In this document: in pieces, positions 30,287 to 39,296 of the stretch
Position numbering within the stretch: the stretch's first letter is position 1
Layout: the number at the start of each line of letters is the position of its first letter
DNA from: a bacterium
Lineage (GTDB): Bacteria; Actinomycetota; Coriobacteriia; Coriobacteriales; CADBOM01
DNA: 64,000 nucleotides
NCBI GenBank assembly: GCA_024698685.1
Contig: JAILQZ010000067.1
Span: forward strand, 9,787-73,786
Reading direction: 5' to 3'
The notes under the pieces: generated by a model
Told to the model about the DNA's origin: nothing
Databases searched by the model: none
Seen by the model: only the letters and a program-made list of their open reading frames with translations
Position numbers and translations under genes: made by a program

Positions 30287-30430
30287 CGTCTCTGTTCTCT
30301 CATCCGGACTTTAACCGTTGGTATCGGGTTCCCACCGATTCGGCGTTTGCCTTGCGGCATCCGTTCGCGGACTCGTCGCCTTTAAGCGCATCACCGCCAG
30401 TGAGGAGTTTCACCTCGCCCTGAACAGACG
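30287..30430 (-). promoter_or_regulatory. FMN riboswitch (RFN element)
   Basis: The minus-strand RNA reads CGUCUGUUCAGGGCGAGGUGAAACUCCUCACUGGCGGUGAUGCGC...AGUCCGCGAACGG...AAUCGGUGGGAACCCGAUACCAACGGUUAAAGUCCGGAUGAGAGAACAGAGACG. This matches the conserved RFN core (AGGGnnGGUGnAAnUCC..CnGGCGGU ... GGUnAAAGUCCGGAUGnGAGA) with a closing P1 helix. Confidence 0.92.
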
Positions 30431-30435
30431 GTAAA

Positions 30436-30463
30436 AGTATATGACAATGCGTAGCGTTGGCAA
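30436..30463 (-). promoter_or_regulatory. putative promoter of the riboswitch-ribU-ecf operon
   Basis: On the minus strand: TTGCCA, 16-nt spacer, TATACT. The -10 ends about 6 nt before the P1 helix. Confidence 0.5.
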
Positions 30464-30626
30464 GTCTGCATCAAGCACGCTGCGGGCAACGGTCACGATC
30501 GGCAAGTTCGATGCGGCGCGCAAGAGGCTCTTCGGCTCAAATTGGTGGCGTGGATGCGGGACATGTGCCTTATCATTAGAAGCTGTGAACACGAGTTGGA
30601 AACTCGCTCGCAAGGAAGGAATCGCG

Positions 30627-32633
30627 ATGAAGTACACCCATCTGTTTGAGCCGATCGTAGTGCAGGGAACGTTCTACAAGAACAGGATCTTCGCCTCTCC
30701 GCAGGACATCTACAAGCTCGATGCCCGCAATTTTCTCGAGAACGACGCCACATACTTCTACGAGATGAAGGCAATGGGCGGCTTCTCGTCGGTTTGCGTC
30801 GGCGACATGATGACCGATAAGGCAACCGGCCATAGCCATCCATTCCAGCTCGATGGCGCGAGCATCGCCGGACGCATCGGGCTTACCCGTACGGCAAACG
30901 CGATCGCAAGGCACGGCGCGGTTCCAGCCATCGAGCTCAACCACGGAGGCCAGAACTCGATGCCCTACGAGGGCGGCAACTTCGTCTACGGCAATTGGGA
31001 GGGTGTGCGCGCCGATGGCGTCGAGGTCCGCATGGGCGATGCCGAGTGGATCGAGAGGCTCATCGGATTCTACGCCGATGCGGCAACGTTCGCGCGCAAC
31101 TGCGGGTTCAAGCAGATCTCGATCCATGGCGGCCATGGCTGGCTGCTGCACCAGTTCATCTCCGAGCGCGACAACAAGCGCACCGACGAGTGGGGCGGAT
31201 CCTTCGAGAACAGGATGAGGTTCCCGATCGCCGTCATCGAAGCCATTCGCAAGAAGATCGGCAGGATGCCCATCGACATCAGGATCAGCGGCGAGGAGCT
31301 GCTTCCCGGTGGATACGATATGGATGAGGGCGTGCGCATCGCCAAGGCGCTCGATGGCCTCGCCGACATCATCAACGTCTCCGTCGGTCACCACGAATAC
31401 GACGAAGCGGCGATGGTCACCCATCCGATGATGTTCCTGCCAGACGGCGTCAACGTCAAATACGCCGCTGCCTGCAAGAAGGCGGTATCCTCCTCGCTTA
31501 TCTCCACGGTGGGCGCGCTATGCGAGCCAGAGCAGATGGAGGAGATTCTCGCAACCGGCCAAGCGGACTTCGTCATGCTGGGCAGGGAGTCGCTTGCCGA
31601 GCCTGACTTTCCGAACAAGGTGCGCATGGGCAAGGAGGATGAGATCAACAAGTGCTTCCGCTGCTTCACCTGCTTCTCTCGCAGCACGGCCAGCGGTATC
31701 TTCTACTGCGCTATCAACCCCGTCATCGGCAATGAATCCGAGCTCTTCCACAACCCCGTGCCTAACAAGCTCAAGAAGGTTCTCGTCGCTGGCGGCGGCG
31801 TGGGTGGAATGCAGGCGGCTATCACCGCCGCCGAACTCGGCCATGAGGTCATCCTTTGCGAGAAGGGAGACCAGCTCGGAGGCAATTTGAGATGCGAGCA
31901 GGCTGTGCCATTCAAGCTCCATCTGCACCACTATCTCGACAAGCAGGCTCTTCTGATCGAGCGCTCTAACATCGATCTGCGCCTGAACACGGAAGTCACG
32001 CCAGAGTACGCTCGCGAGGTGGGAGCCGATGTCATCATCGCGGCCCTTGGGGCGCGCCCGGCCACTCCGCCTATCCCTGGCATCGAGAAGGCATATCTTG
32101 CAGAGGATATCTACAGGGATGCTGGTCTGGCAGGGGAGAAGGTCGTCATCGCCGGTGCGGGCCTTGTGGGTCTCGAGCTCGGCGTCTACCTCGGCCAGAT
32201 GGGCAAGGATGTCACCATCATAGAGATGGCAGGCAAGACGCTCCTTCTGCCCGACGATGCGGGTGGAACCTCCGAGCGCATCTCCGCCGGCAACAAGGAA
32301 GAGGAACTGCTTCCGCCCGGCGCGCCGATAGTCCAGGGCGTAGCGCTCACGCAGGTGCTCAAGGGCATGCCGAACGTCCGCGTCTTCACGCGCACCAAGG
32401 CGCTAGAGTTCAGGGATAACGGCATTATCGCGCAAAACGAAGAGGGCGAGGTCCTCTACGAGGCGGATACCGTCATCAACGCCATGGGCATGAAGGCGCT
32501 TACTGACGAGATGGTCGCGCTGAGCGATTGCGCCCCCGAGTTCTATGCCATTGGAGACTGCATCGGAGCCCGCAACATGGTCGATGCCGTTCAGGAGGGT
32601 TGGCAGGCAGCGCGCGATCTCGGGCGCCTCTAG
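30627..32633 (+). CDS. OYE-family FMN oxidoreductase fused to Fe-S linker and FAD/NAD(P) domain (2,4-dienoyl-CoA/enoate reductase-like)
   Basis: Start re-called from 30441 to ATG 30627 (AAGGAAGGA SD). TIM-barrel motif HGGHGWLLHQF, Cys cluster CFRCFTCF..x..C, Rossmann motifs VAGGGVGGM and IAGAGLVGLE. Confidence 0.85.
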   Translation: MKYTHLFEPIVVQGTFYKNRIFASPQDIYKLDARNFLENDATYFYEMKAMGGFSSVCVGDMMTDKATGHSHPFQLDGASIAGRIGLTRTANAIARHGAVPAIELNHGGQNSMPYEGGNFVYGNWEGVRADGVEVRMGDAEWIERLIGFYADAATFARNCGFKQISIHGGHGWLLHQFISERDNKRTDEWGGSFENRMRFPIAVIEAIRKKIGRMPIDIRISGEELLPGGYDMDEGVRIAKALDGLADIINVSVGHHEYDEAAMVTHPMMFLPDGVNVKYAAACKKAVSSSLISTVGALCEPEQMEEILATGQADFVMLGRESLAEPDFPNKVRMGKEDEINKCFRCFTCFSRSTASGIFYCAINPVIGNESELFHNPVPNKLKKVLVAGGGVGGMQAAITAAELGHEVILCEKGDQLGGNLRCEQAVPFKLHLHHYLDKQALLIERSNIDLRLNTEVTPEYAREVGADVIIAALGARPATPPIPGIEKAYLAEDIYRDAGLAGEKVVIAGAGLVGLELGVYLGQMGKDVTIIEMAGKTLLLPDDAGGTSERISAGNKEEELLPPGAPIVQGVALTQVLKGMPNVRVFTRTKALEFRDNGIIAQNEEGEVLYEADTVINAMGMKALTDEMVALSDCAPEFYAIGDCIGARNMVDAVQEGWQAARDLGRL

Positions 32634-32648
32634 CCCAGGGAATCACAG

Positions 32649-32729
32649 TGGAGCGGGAGGCGAGAACTGCTGCAAGGCCGCTCCATAGGAATCGCGAGGG
32701 GCCCAGTCCGCAACTTACGGCTGGGCCCC
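32649..32729. terminator. two hairpins between convergent genes (possible bidirectional terminator)
   Basis: TGGAGCGG/CCGCTCCA (32649-32685) and GGGGCCCAG/CTGGGCCCC (32698-32729). Weak U-tracts. Confidence 0.35.
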
Positions 32730-32751
32730 TAAAGAATGGTGAGTTACCATA

Positions 32752-34392
32752 CTACCTCTGATTTTGCTGTTCGACAAGCCTTGAAGAGCCATGCCTTTCG
32801 CGAAGCAGCGGCTTTTCGATCTTCCCAGTGGGATTTCTCGGCACGTCTTCGAAGATGACGACCCTGGGGCGCTTGTATCTTGGCAGCTCCATGCAGAACT
32901 TGTCGATCTCCTCCTTGGTGCACTGCACTCCGGGCTTGACCTCGATGATCGCCGCGGTGATCTCGCCGAGCCTGTTGTCGGGCACGCCGATGACCGCGAC
33001 GTCCTTGATCTTGTCGTTGGTGCGCAGGAAGTCCTCGATCTGGACGGGGTAGATGTTCTCGCCACCAGAGATGATGACGTCCTTCTTGCGGTCGACCAGG
33101 AAGATGAACCCGTCTTCGTCGACCTCCGCCATATCACCGGTGTAGAGCCAGCCGTCCTTGAGGACCTCGGCGGTTGCCTCGGGGTCGTTGTAGTAGCAGT
33201 TCATGAGGCCCTTGCCCTTGACGCAGAGCTCGCCAACCTGATGCGTGCCCGGCTCGACAAGGGAGCCATCCTCGGCGCGAACCTCGGCTTCCCAGCCATA
33301 TCCTGCGATTCCGATGGCTCCGACCTTGTGCTCGTTCTCCACCCCAAGATGGACGCACCCTGGGCCGATCGATTCGGAGAGTCCGTAGTTGGTGTCGTAT
33401 TGGTGGTTGGGGAAGATCGATTTCCAACGCTTGATGAGGCTGGGCGGAACGGGCTGGGCTCCGATATGCATGAGCCTCCACTGATCGAGCTCGTAATCTT
33501 CGAGATCCACCTCGCCGCTGTCTATCGCGTCGATGATGTCCTGCGTCCATGGGACGAGCTGCCATACGATGGTGCAATGCTCCTCGGAGACGGTCTGGAG
33601 AATCCACTCCGGGCTGACACCGCGAAGCAGGACGGCCTTGCCGCCCACTACGAGCGAGCCGAACCAGTGCATCTTGGCGCCAGTGTGGTAGAGCGGGGGC
33701 ATCAGCAGGAAGACATCGTCATGGGTCTGGCCATGATGCTTGTTCTCGGTGAGCGCCGCGGCCACGAGGCTCTCCTGGTTGTGCAGGATGGCCTTGGGGA
33801 ATCCGGTGGTGCCGCTCGAGAAGTAGATCGCCGCATCATCCTCGATTCCGAGGGGAATGTCGATCTCCTCGGTGCTGAAGTGCCCGATCCTGTTGTTGTA
33901 GCTATCAGCGAACGAAGGGCAGTCCTCACCGACGAAGTAGAGGTGCTCGACGTCATCGAGCGAAGTGACGATCTCCTCGATGCGCCCGATGAACTCGGGT
34001 CCGAAGATGAGCGTCTTCACTTCGGCGAGCTCGAGGCAGTATTTGATCTCGTCGGCGGAGTACCTGAAGTTCATCGGAACCACAACGGCTCCAGTCTTCA
34101 GAACGCCGAAGTAGATCGGCAGCCACTCGAGGCAGTTCATCATGAGGATGGCCACCTTGTCGCCCTTCACAGTGCCGTCATGGAGCAGCATGTGCGCGAA
34201 GCTGTTCGATTGATCGTTGAATTCCTTCCAGGTGATCTCGCGCCTGTACATCTTGTAGGGGTTCGTTTCGACGAGCTCGTATTCCCTCCAGGTGATTCCG
34301 CGCTGCTTGCGGATGTGGGGGTTGATCTCGACGAGCGCAACCTCATCGCCATAGAGCTTGGCATTCTCAACCAAGATGTCAGTGATCGGCAT
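32752..34392 (-). CDS. AMP-forming acyl-CoA synthetase/ligase
   Basis: Start re-called to ATG 34392 (AGGAGA SD). AMP-binding motif YFSSGTTGFPKA, plus YTGD and GENIYP motifs. Confidence 0.85.
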   Translation of the reverse strand: MPITDILVENAKLYGDEVALVEINPHIRKQRGITWREYELVETNPYKMYRREITWKEFNDQSNSFAHMLLHDGTVKGDKVAILMMNCLEWLPIYFGVLKTGAVVVPMNFRYSADEIKYCLELAEVKTLIFGPEFIGRIEEIVTSLDDVEHLYFVGEDCPSFADSYNNRIGHFSTEEIDIPLGIEDDAAIYFSSGTTGFPKAILHNQESLVAAALTENKHHGQTHDDVFLLMPPLYHTGAKMHWFGSLVVGGKAVLLRGVSPEWILQTVSEEHCTIVWQLVPWTQDIIDAIDSGEVDLEDYELDQWRLMHIGAQPVPPSLIKRWKSIFPNHQYDTNYGLSESIGPGCVHLGVENEHKVGAIGIAGYGWEAEVRAEDGSLVEPGTHQVGELCVKGKGLMNCYYNDPEATAEVLKDGWLYTGDMAEVDEDGFIFLVDRKKDVIISGGENIYPVQIEDFLRTNDKIKDVAVIGVPDNRLGEITAAIIEVKPGVQCTKEEIDKFCMELPRYKRPRVVIFEDVPRNPTGKIEKPLLRERHGSSRLVEQQNQR

Positions 34393-34543
34393 AATCTCTC
34401 CTTTTGCGCTTGTAAAATTCCAGCAATCCATGATTATACGTCAGTTATCCTCCATTGATTGGCATCTATACTATCAACAGCATAGGCAGTGGAATAATTC
34501 TTCTAAACGCCACAACGCGAGCTATTTCGGGAAAAGGGGAGGA

Positions 34544-35719
34544 ATGGGTGTCTTCGAGGGAGTTGGAAAGCTAGGATTCGGCCTTATGAGGCTGCCTAGG
34601 CTCGAGAGCGGCGAGATCGATGTCGAGCTGACCAAGAGGCTGGTCGACATCTTCATGGATGCCGGGTTCAACTACTTCGATACGGCATGGGCGTACGAGG
34701 GGAGCGAGAAGGCGATCAAGGAGGCGCTGTTCGATCGCTATCCTCGCGAGCGCATCAAGTTCGCCACGAAGGTCGCTTCGTGGATGATGTGCAACGGCCC
34801 GGAGGATGTCGAGAGGCAGTTCGATGAGTCGCTAGCCGACACCGGCGCAGGCTTCTTCGACTACTACCTGCTCCACAACATCGGGGACAGTCGCACCGCC
34901 TTCTTCGACAAGTACGATACCTGGTCGATGATCGCGCGCAAGAGGGAAGAGGGGCTCATCGGGCACTTCGGCGTATCGACCCACGGAACCCCAGAGGAGA
35001 TCGATCGCGTGCTCACGGAGCACCCGGAAATCGAATTCGTGCAGGTTCAGATCAACTACGGCGACTGGGAGAACCCGGTGCTGCAATCGCGCAAATGCTA
35101 TGAGACCATCCGCAAGCACGGCAAGGAGATAACGGTAATGGAGCCGATCAAAGGCGGGATGCTGGCCAACCCCCATACGAGGGTCCAGCAGCTGCTAAAG
35201 TCGGTTCGCCCCGATGACTCCTGCGCCTCCTGGGCGCTGAGATTCGCGGGCAGCCTGGAGGGCGTTTCCGTGGTGCTCTCGGGAATGAACGGTATCGATC
35301 AGATGGAGGACAACGTCCGCACGTTCAAGGGTTTCGAGCCCCTGAGCGAGAGCGAGTACGAGGTGCTCGACGAGGCGCGCAAGATCATCGATGGCATCGA
35401 TCTCGTGCCGTGCACCAATTGCAAGTACTGCGAGAAGATGTGCCCGAAGAACATCGGCATTCCTGGAACGATCGCCGCGGTCAACTACATGAAGGAGTAT
35501 GAGAGCCGCGAAAACGGATTCTTCCAGCTCATGTCGCTCGTGGCTTTCCCAGGCAAGGCGCTGCCTGTCGAGTGCATCCACTGCGGTGCATGCGAGGTCG
35601 CCTGCCCGCAGAAGCTCCAAATCCGCGAATGCATGGACATCGCCGTCGAGGAGCTGATGGGGCACGTCGACGAGTACAAGAGGGTCAATCTGATCAAGGG
35701 CTTCAATCCACAGGATTAG
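34544..35719 (+). CDS. aldo/keto reductase with C-terminal 2x[4Fe-4S] ferredoxin domain
   Basis: Start re-called from 34358 to ATG 34544 (GGGGAGG SD). AKR N-terminus GFGLMRLP..FDTAWAYEGSE. C-terminal CTNCKYCEKMCP and CIHCGACEVACP. Confidence 0.8.
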   Translation: MGVFEGVGKLGFGLMRLPRLESGEIDVELTKRLVDIFMDAGFNYFDTAWAYEGSEKAIKEALFDRYPRERIKFATKVASWMMCNGPEDVERQFDESLADTGAGFFDYYLLHNIGDSRTAFFDKYDTWSMIARKREEGLIGHFGVSTHGTPEEIDRVLTEHPEIEFVQVQINYGDWENPVLQSRKCYETIRKHGKEITVMEPIKGGMLANPHTRVQQLLKSVRPDDSCASWALRFAGSLEGVSVVLSGMNGIDQMEDNVRTFKGFEPLSESEYEVLDEARKIIDGIDLVPCTNCKYCEKMCPKNIGIPGTIAAVNYMKEYESRENGFFQLMSLVAFPGKALPVECIHCGACEVACPQKLQIRECMDIAVEELMGHVDEYKRVNLIKGFNPQD

Positions 35720-35815
35720 CTGGCGTTTCGCAAGCCGCTTGGAATTGCGAGAGCGACTGGGTGCGCTAGTTGCATTAAGCTTGCTAGGGATCGGTCGATT
35801 GAAAGGCGAGCGCGA

Positions 35816-37045
35816 ATGAAGAAGATGGGTGCGAGGGAGCTCACTATCCTCGTAACATGCTGGATGGCCGTGTCATGGATCAGTTCCGACATGTATCTCC
35901 CCGCGCTTCCGATCCTCGATCAGACCTTCCCGACATCCTATGCGATCATCAATCTCACGCTCGTAGCCTATACGGGCGCCATGCCCATCGGCGCGGCGAT
36001 CATCGGGCCCATAGCTGATAGGTTCGGAAGGCTAATGCCGCTGCGTGTGAGCAGCATCGCGTTCGTTGTCACGATGCTCGCGTGCGCTGTGGCCCCCAAC
36101 ATCTGGATCCTCATCGTCATGCGCTGCATCTCCGGGCTTTGCGGCGGAGGCGTGATGACGATGGCCATCATCTACATCAACGACATGCTCGAGGGCGAGG
36201 AGCTCGATCGCGGAATCACGCTCAGCCAGTCGCTCGTCGCGATCGGTCCGGTAGTGGCGCCGTTCATCGGTTCGCTCATGATCAACGTCATCAGCTGGCG
36301 CGGCATCTTCGTCCTGATGACAGTGCTCGCAATCGCGTGCACGCTGTGGAGCCTGCGTCTCAAGGAGACGTTGCCTCCAGAGAAGCGTGAGACCACCGGC
36401 GTCGTTCGCACCATCGGCCTTCTGTTCAAGGTCGGCAGGAACGTTACGTTCACCTCGATACTGATTGCGCTTTCAATGCCGGTGCTGGGCTTCGGCGTCT
36501 TCATGGTTGTCTGCTCCTATGTCTTCATAGACTTCTATGCGCAGAGCAACTTCGTCTACAGCATCTACTACGGCATTGCCAGCGTCATCTCCATCGGAGG
36601 GCCGATGCTCTACTTCTTCCTGCAGAAGCGCACCTCTGCGAAGAATTGCGTCAGGATCATCCTCTACCTGCTGCTGCTCTCGGCGATTCTGCTCATCTTC
36701 TTCGGAGACAAGGGGCCGACTTGGTACATCATCGGAATCCTCCCGATGATCTTCTCGGAGAGCATGGCGCGCCCATGCAGCTATCTCGTCCTGCTGAAGC
36801 TCACTCCCGACAACATAGGCTCGGCTACAGGGCTGATCAACCTGGTCTATGGGCTATTGGCAGCCGCGGGCACCCCAATCGCTTCGATGAGCGTATGGTC
36901 GACGGTGATCACAGCGACCGCTTGGCCGATGCTCTATGCCTCCGTCCTCGCGATCGTCATATTCGCCGTGCTGCTCTACGTCATCAAGACTAAGGCCTTC
37001 GACGTCACGCAGGATGAACCTTCGGAGGTGACCGACAATGGCTGA
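35816..37045 (+). CDS. MFS transporter (Bcr/CflA-like)
   Basis: 409 aa, about 12 TM. MFS loop motif GPIADRFGR between TM2 and TM3. Confidence 0.8.
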   Translation: MKKMGARELTILVTCWMAVSWISSDMYLPALPILDQTFPTSYAIINLTLVAYTGAMPIGAAIIGPIADRFGRLMPLRVSSIAFVVTMLACAVAPNIWILIVMRCISGLCGGGVMTMAIIYINDMLEGEELDRGITLSQSLVAIGPVVAPFIGSLMINVISWRGIFVLMTVLAIACTLWSLRLKETLPPEKRETTGVVRTIGLLFKVGRNVTFTSILIALSMPVLGFGVFMVVCSYVFIDFYAQSNFVYSIYYGIASVISIGGPMLYFFLQKRTSAKNCVRIILYLLLLSAILLIFFGDKGPTWYIIGILPMIFSESMARPCSYLVLLKLTPDNIGSATGLINLVYGLLAAAGTPIASMSVWSTVITATAWPMLYASVLAIVIFAVLLYVIKTKAFDVTQDEPSEVTDNG

Positions 37046-37796
37046 TAGCCCGCGAAGCATCGACACTCGCACTAGCGAAGAGGCCCCCGCGGAGCTCTCG
37101 ACGAAGCGCGTGAAGAGAATCTTCTCCGAGATCTCGGGGAAGTACGAGCGCTTCAATGCTATCAGCAGCCTGGGAACCTACAAGATCTGGCTGGCCAGCC
37201 TCGTCAATTCGCTCGACATCGAGCCGACCGATACGGTTCTCGACATCGCTGGCGGCACGGGCGACGTGAGCTTTGCGATCGCCAAGATCAAGAAGCCCGC
37301 ATACATCCTCTGCACCGATCTCGTCGAGGAGATGCTAGATGTTGCCCGTGCGCATCATGCCAGCGGCAAGGGCGCGGGTGTTGCAATGGAGTTCGCCGTT
37401 GCCGACGCGCAGGACCTTCCCATCGCCGACAATTCGTTCGACTTCGTCACCGTCGCCTATGGGATCCGCAACATGCCGCAGCGCCAGAAGGCGCTGTCGG
37501 AGGCCTTCAGGGTGCTCAAGCCCCGCGGAACGTTCGCGTGCCTGGAATTCTCCACTCCGCAGAACAGCGCATGGAATGCGATCTACACGATCTACCGCAA
37601 GAAGGTCCTTCCGTTCATAGGGGAGCGGCTCACCGGGCATGGCGACGATTTCGCCTACCTCTCGGATTCCATTGCCTCGTTTCCCGATCAGCTCGCCTTC
37701 GCCGAGATGATCGAGGCAGCCGGGTTCGCCGACGTCCGGTGGAAGAACCATTCCGGCGGAATCGCGGCGATCCACATCGCGCACAAGCCGCAATAG
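37038..37796 (+). CDS. ubiE: demethylmenaquinone methyltransferase
   Basis: VKRIFSEISGKYERFN N-terminal UbiE/MenG pattern and SAM motif LDIAGGTGD. 8-nt overlap (ATGGCTGA) with the upstream MFS gene. Confidence 0.85.
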   Translation: MADSPRSIDTRTSEEAPAELSTKRVKRIFSEISGKYERFNAISSLGTYKIWLASLVNSLDIEPTDTVLDIAGGTGDVSFAIAKIKKPAYILCTDLVEEMLDVARAHHASGKGAGVAMEFAVADAQDLPIADNSFDFVTVAYGIRNMPQRQKALSEAFRVLKPRGTFACLEFSTPQNSAWNAIYTIYRKKVLPFIGERLTGHGDDFAYLSDSIASFPDQLAFAEMIEAAGFADVRWKNHSGGIAAIHIAHKPQ

Positions 37797-37928
37797 CTCC
37801 GACGATCCGTTGAAATCACTCGGAAAAACCGATTCGAGCTGACAGCCATGCCTTCGGGGAGATACCGACTTCTCGTTGAATGCTCCGAGGTGGATAATTC
37901 TTCCTGTTGAAAGGGGAATGGGCACCAG

Positions 37929-39296
37929 ATGCGCAGATCGGCAATAGAGTCCAAGCAGAACGAATCGAGCGAAATGAACGTCAAATCCACCATTTGGAGC
38001 GTGACGTTCGTTGCCTTGCTCATCGTGAACTTCCTGCGCATGATGGGCCAATCAATCGCCAACACCATAATCCCGCTCTATGTGTACGATCTCGGAGCCG
38101 TTGCGTCGATCGTCGGATTCGCCGGAGGCGCGTTCTCGATCACCGCTTTGCTGGTGCGGCCCTTCGCTGGCCCCGCGTTCGACAGCTATTCCAAGAAGAT
38201 GCTCTTCACCGTGTTCGGCTTCGTGATGGCCGTCGCCGGATTCGCTTACGCGTTCGTGCATTCGGTTGCGGGCGTCATCATCGTGCGCCTGCTCCATGGA
38301 ATCGGCATGGGCTGCACGGCGCCGCTCGGAATGGCGATCGTCTCGGAGATCCTGCCCGAGGAGAAGATGGCATCAGGCATCGGAATCTATTCGCTTTCCA
38401 TGGCGGTGGCGCAGGCAATCGGACCGGCTTATGGCATCTGGTCGATCGGGGTCATCGGCTATGCCCTCACATTCATCATCGTCGGCGCTTTCCTGACGGT
38501 CACATGCTTCATCACGATCTTCTTTGTCGAAGATGTCGACAAGGGCAAGAGCCTGCCGCCATATCAGCTCAAGATGAGCCGCGCCTTCTCCAAGCGCGCC
38601 ATCGGCCCTACGATCGTGCTCGGCCTGCAATCATTCGCGTACGCCTGCATCAATTCGTTCATGGCCATCTATGGAGGCCTGCTCGGCATCGAGCAGATCG
38701 GACTCTATTTCACGGTATATGCGCTTTCGATGCTCATTGCCCTCTCAGTGATCGGCAAGGCAGCCGACAAGTACGGAGCGCACAACGTGATGCTGCCGGC
38801 CATGGTGATCTTCGCCCTGTCATTCGTCATCATCGCCTATGGGCAATCTCTCGTCTGGATCCTCGTTGCTGCGGTGGTCGGCGCATTCGGCTTCGGAGTA
38901 TGCGCGCCGCTTTCGCAGACGATCGTGTTCAAATGCGTACCGGTCAATCAGCGCGGGTCTGCAAGCAACACAATCTACGTCGGCATGGATCTCGGCATGC
39001 TCACCGGGCCCTATGTCGGCGGGCTCATGATAGAGATGTTCCAGGTATCGCTTGGCACCGAAGTTGCCGGCTACTCCGCCATGTGGCTTATGATGATCGT
39101 TCCCGTTGCGATAGCCATCGTGCTGCTCGTTGCGCTGCGCGGAAGGATCAAGCGCTATCAGAGCGAGGTTCTCGCTGAGATGCAGGCGGAAGCGAATGCT
39201 GGCGAAGAGCAGCCAAATCGCTTTCTAGATGATGAGATTGAGGCACCAGCTGGCGAGCAGCGCTGCCGAGTAGAAGATCCCCAGCACAGCGTTTAG
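37929..39296 (+). CDS. MFS transporter
   Basis: About 12 TM with a charged C-terminal tail. ATG 37929 has an AAAGGGGA SD 10 nt upstream (alternative ATG 37974). The 3' end overlaps convergent menA by 72 nt. Confidence 0.75.
   Translation: MRRSAIESKQNESSEMNVKSTIWSVTFVALLIVNFLRMMGQSIANTIIPLYVYDLGAVASIVGFAGGAFSITALLVRPFAGPAFDSYSKKMLFTVFGFVMAVAGFAYAFVHSVAGVIIVRLLHGIGMGCTAPLGMAIVSEILPEEKMASGIGIYSLSMAVAQAIGPAYGIWSIGVIGYALTFIIVGAFLTVTCFITIFFVEDVDKGKSLPPYQLKMSRAFSKRAIGPTIVLGLQSFAYACINSFMAIYGGLLGIEQIGLYFTVYALSMLIALSVIGKAADKYGAHNVMLPAMVIFALSFVIIAYGQSLVWILVAAVVGAFGFGVCAPLSQTIVFKCVPVNQRGSASNTIYVGMDLGMLTGPYVGGLMIEMFQVSLGTEVAGYSAMWLMMIVPVAIAIVLLVALRGRIKRYQSEVLAEMQAEANAGEEQPNRFLDDEIEAPAGEQRCRVEDPQHSV

Noticed and set aside
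37907-39178. 423-aa Arg/His-rich ORF in an alternative + frame over the second MFS gene
   Set aside because: It has extreme Arg/Gly/His composition and no hydrophobic or catalytic motifs. The overlapping frame encodes a normal 12-TM MFS protein.
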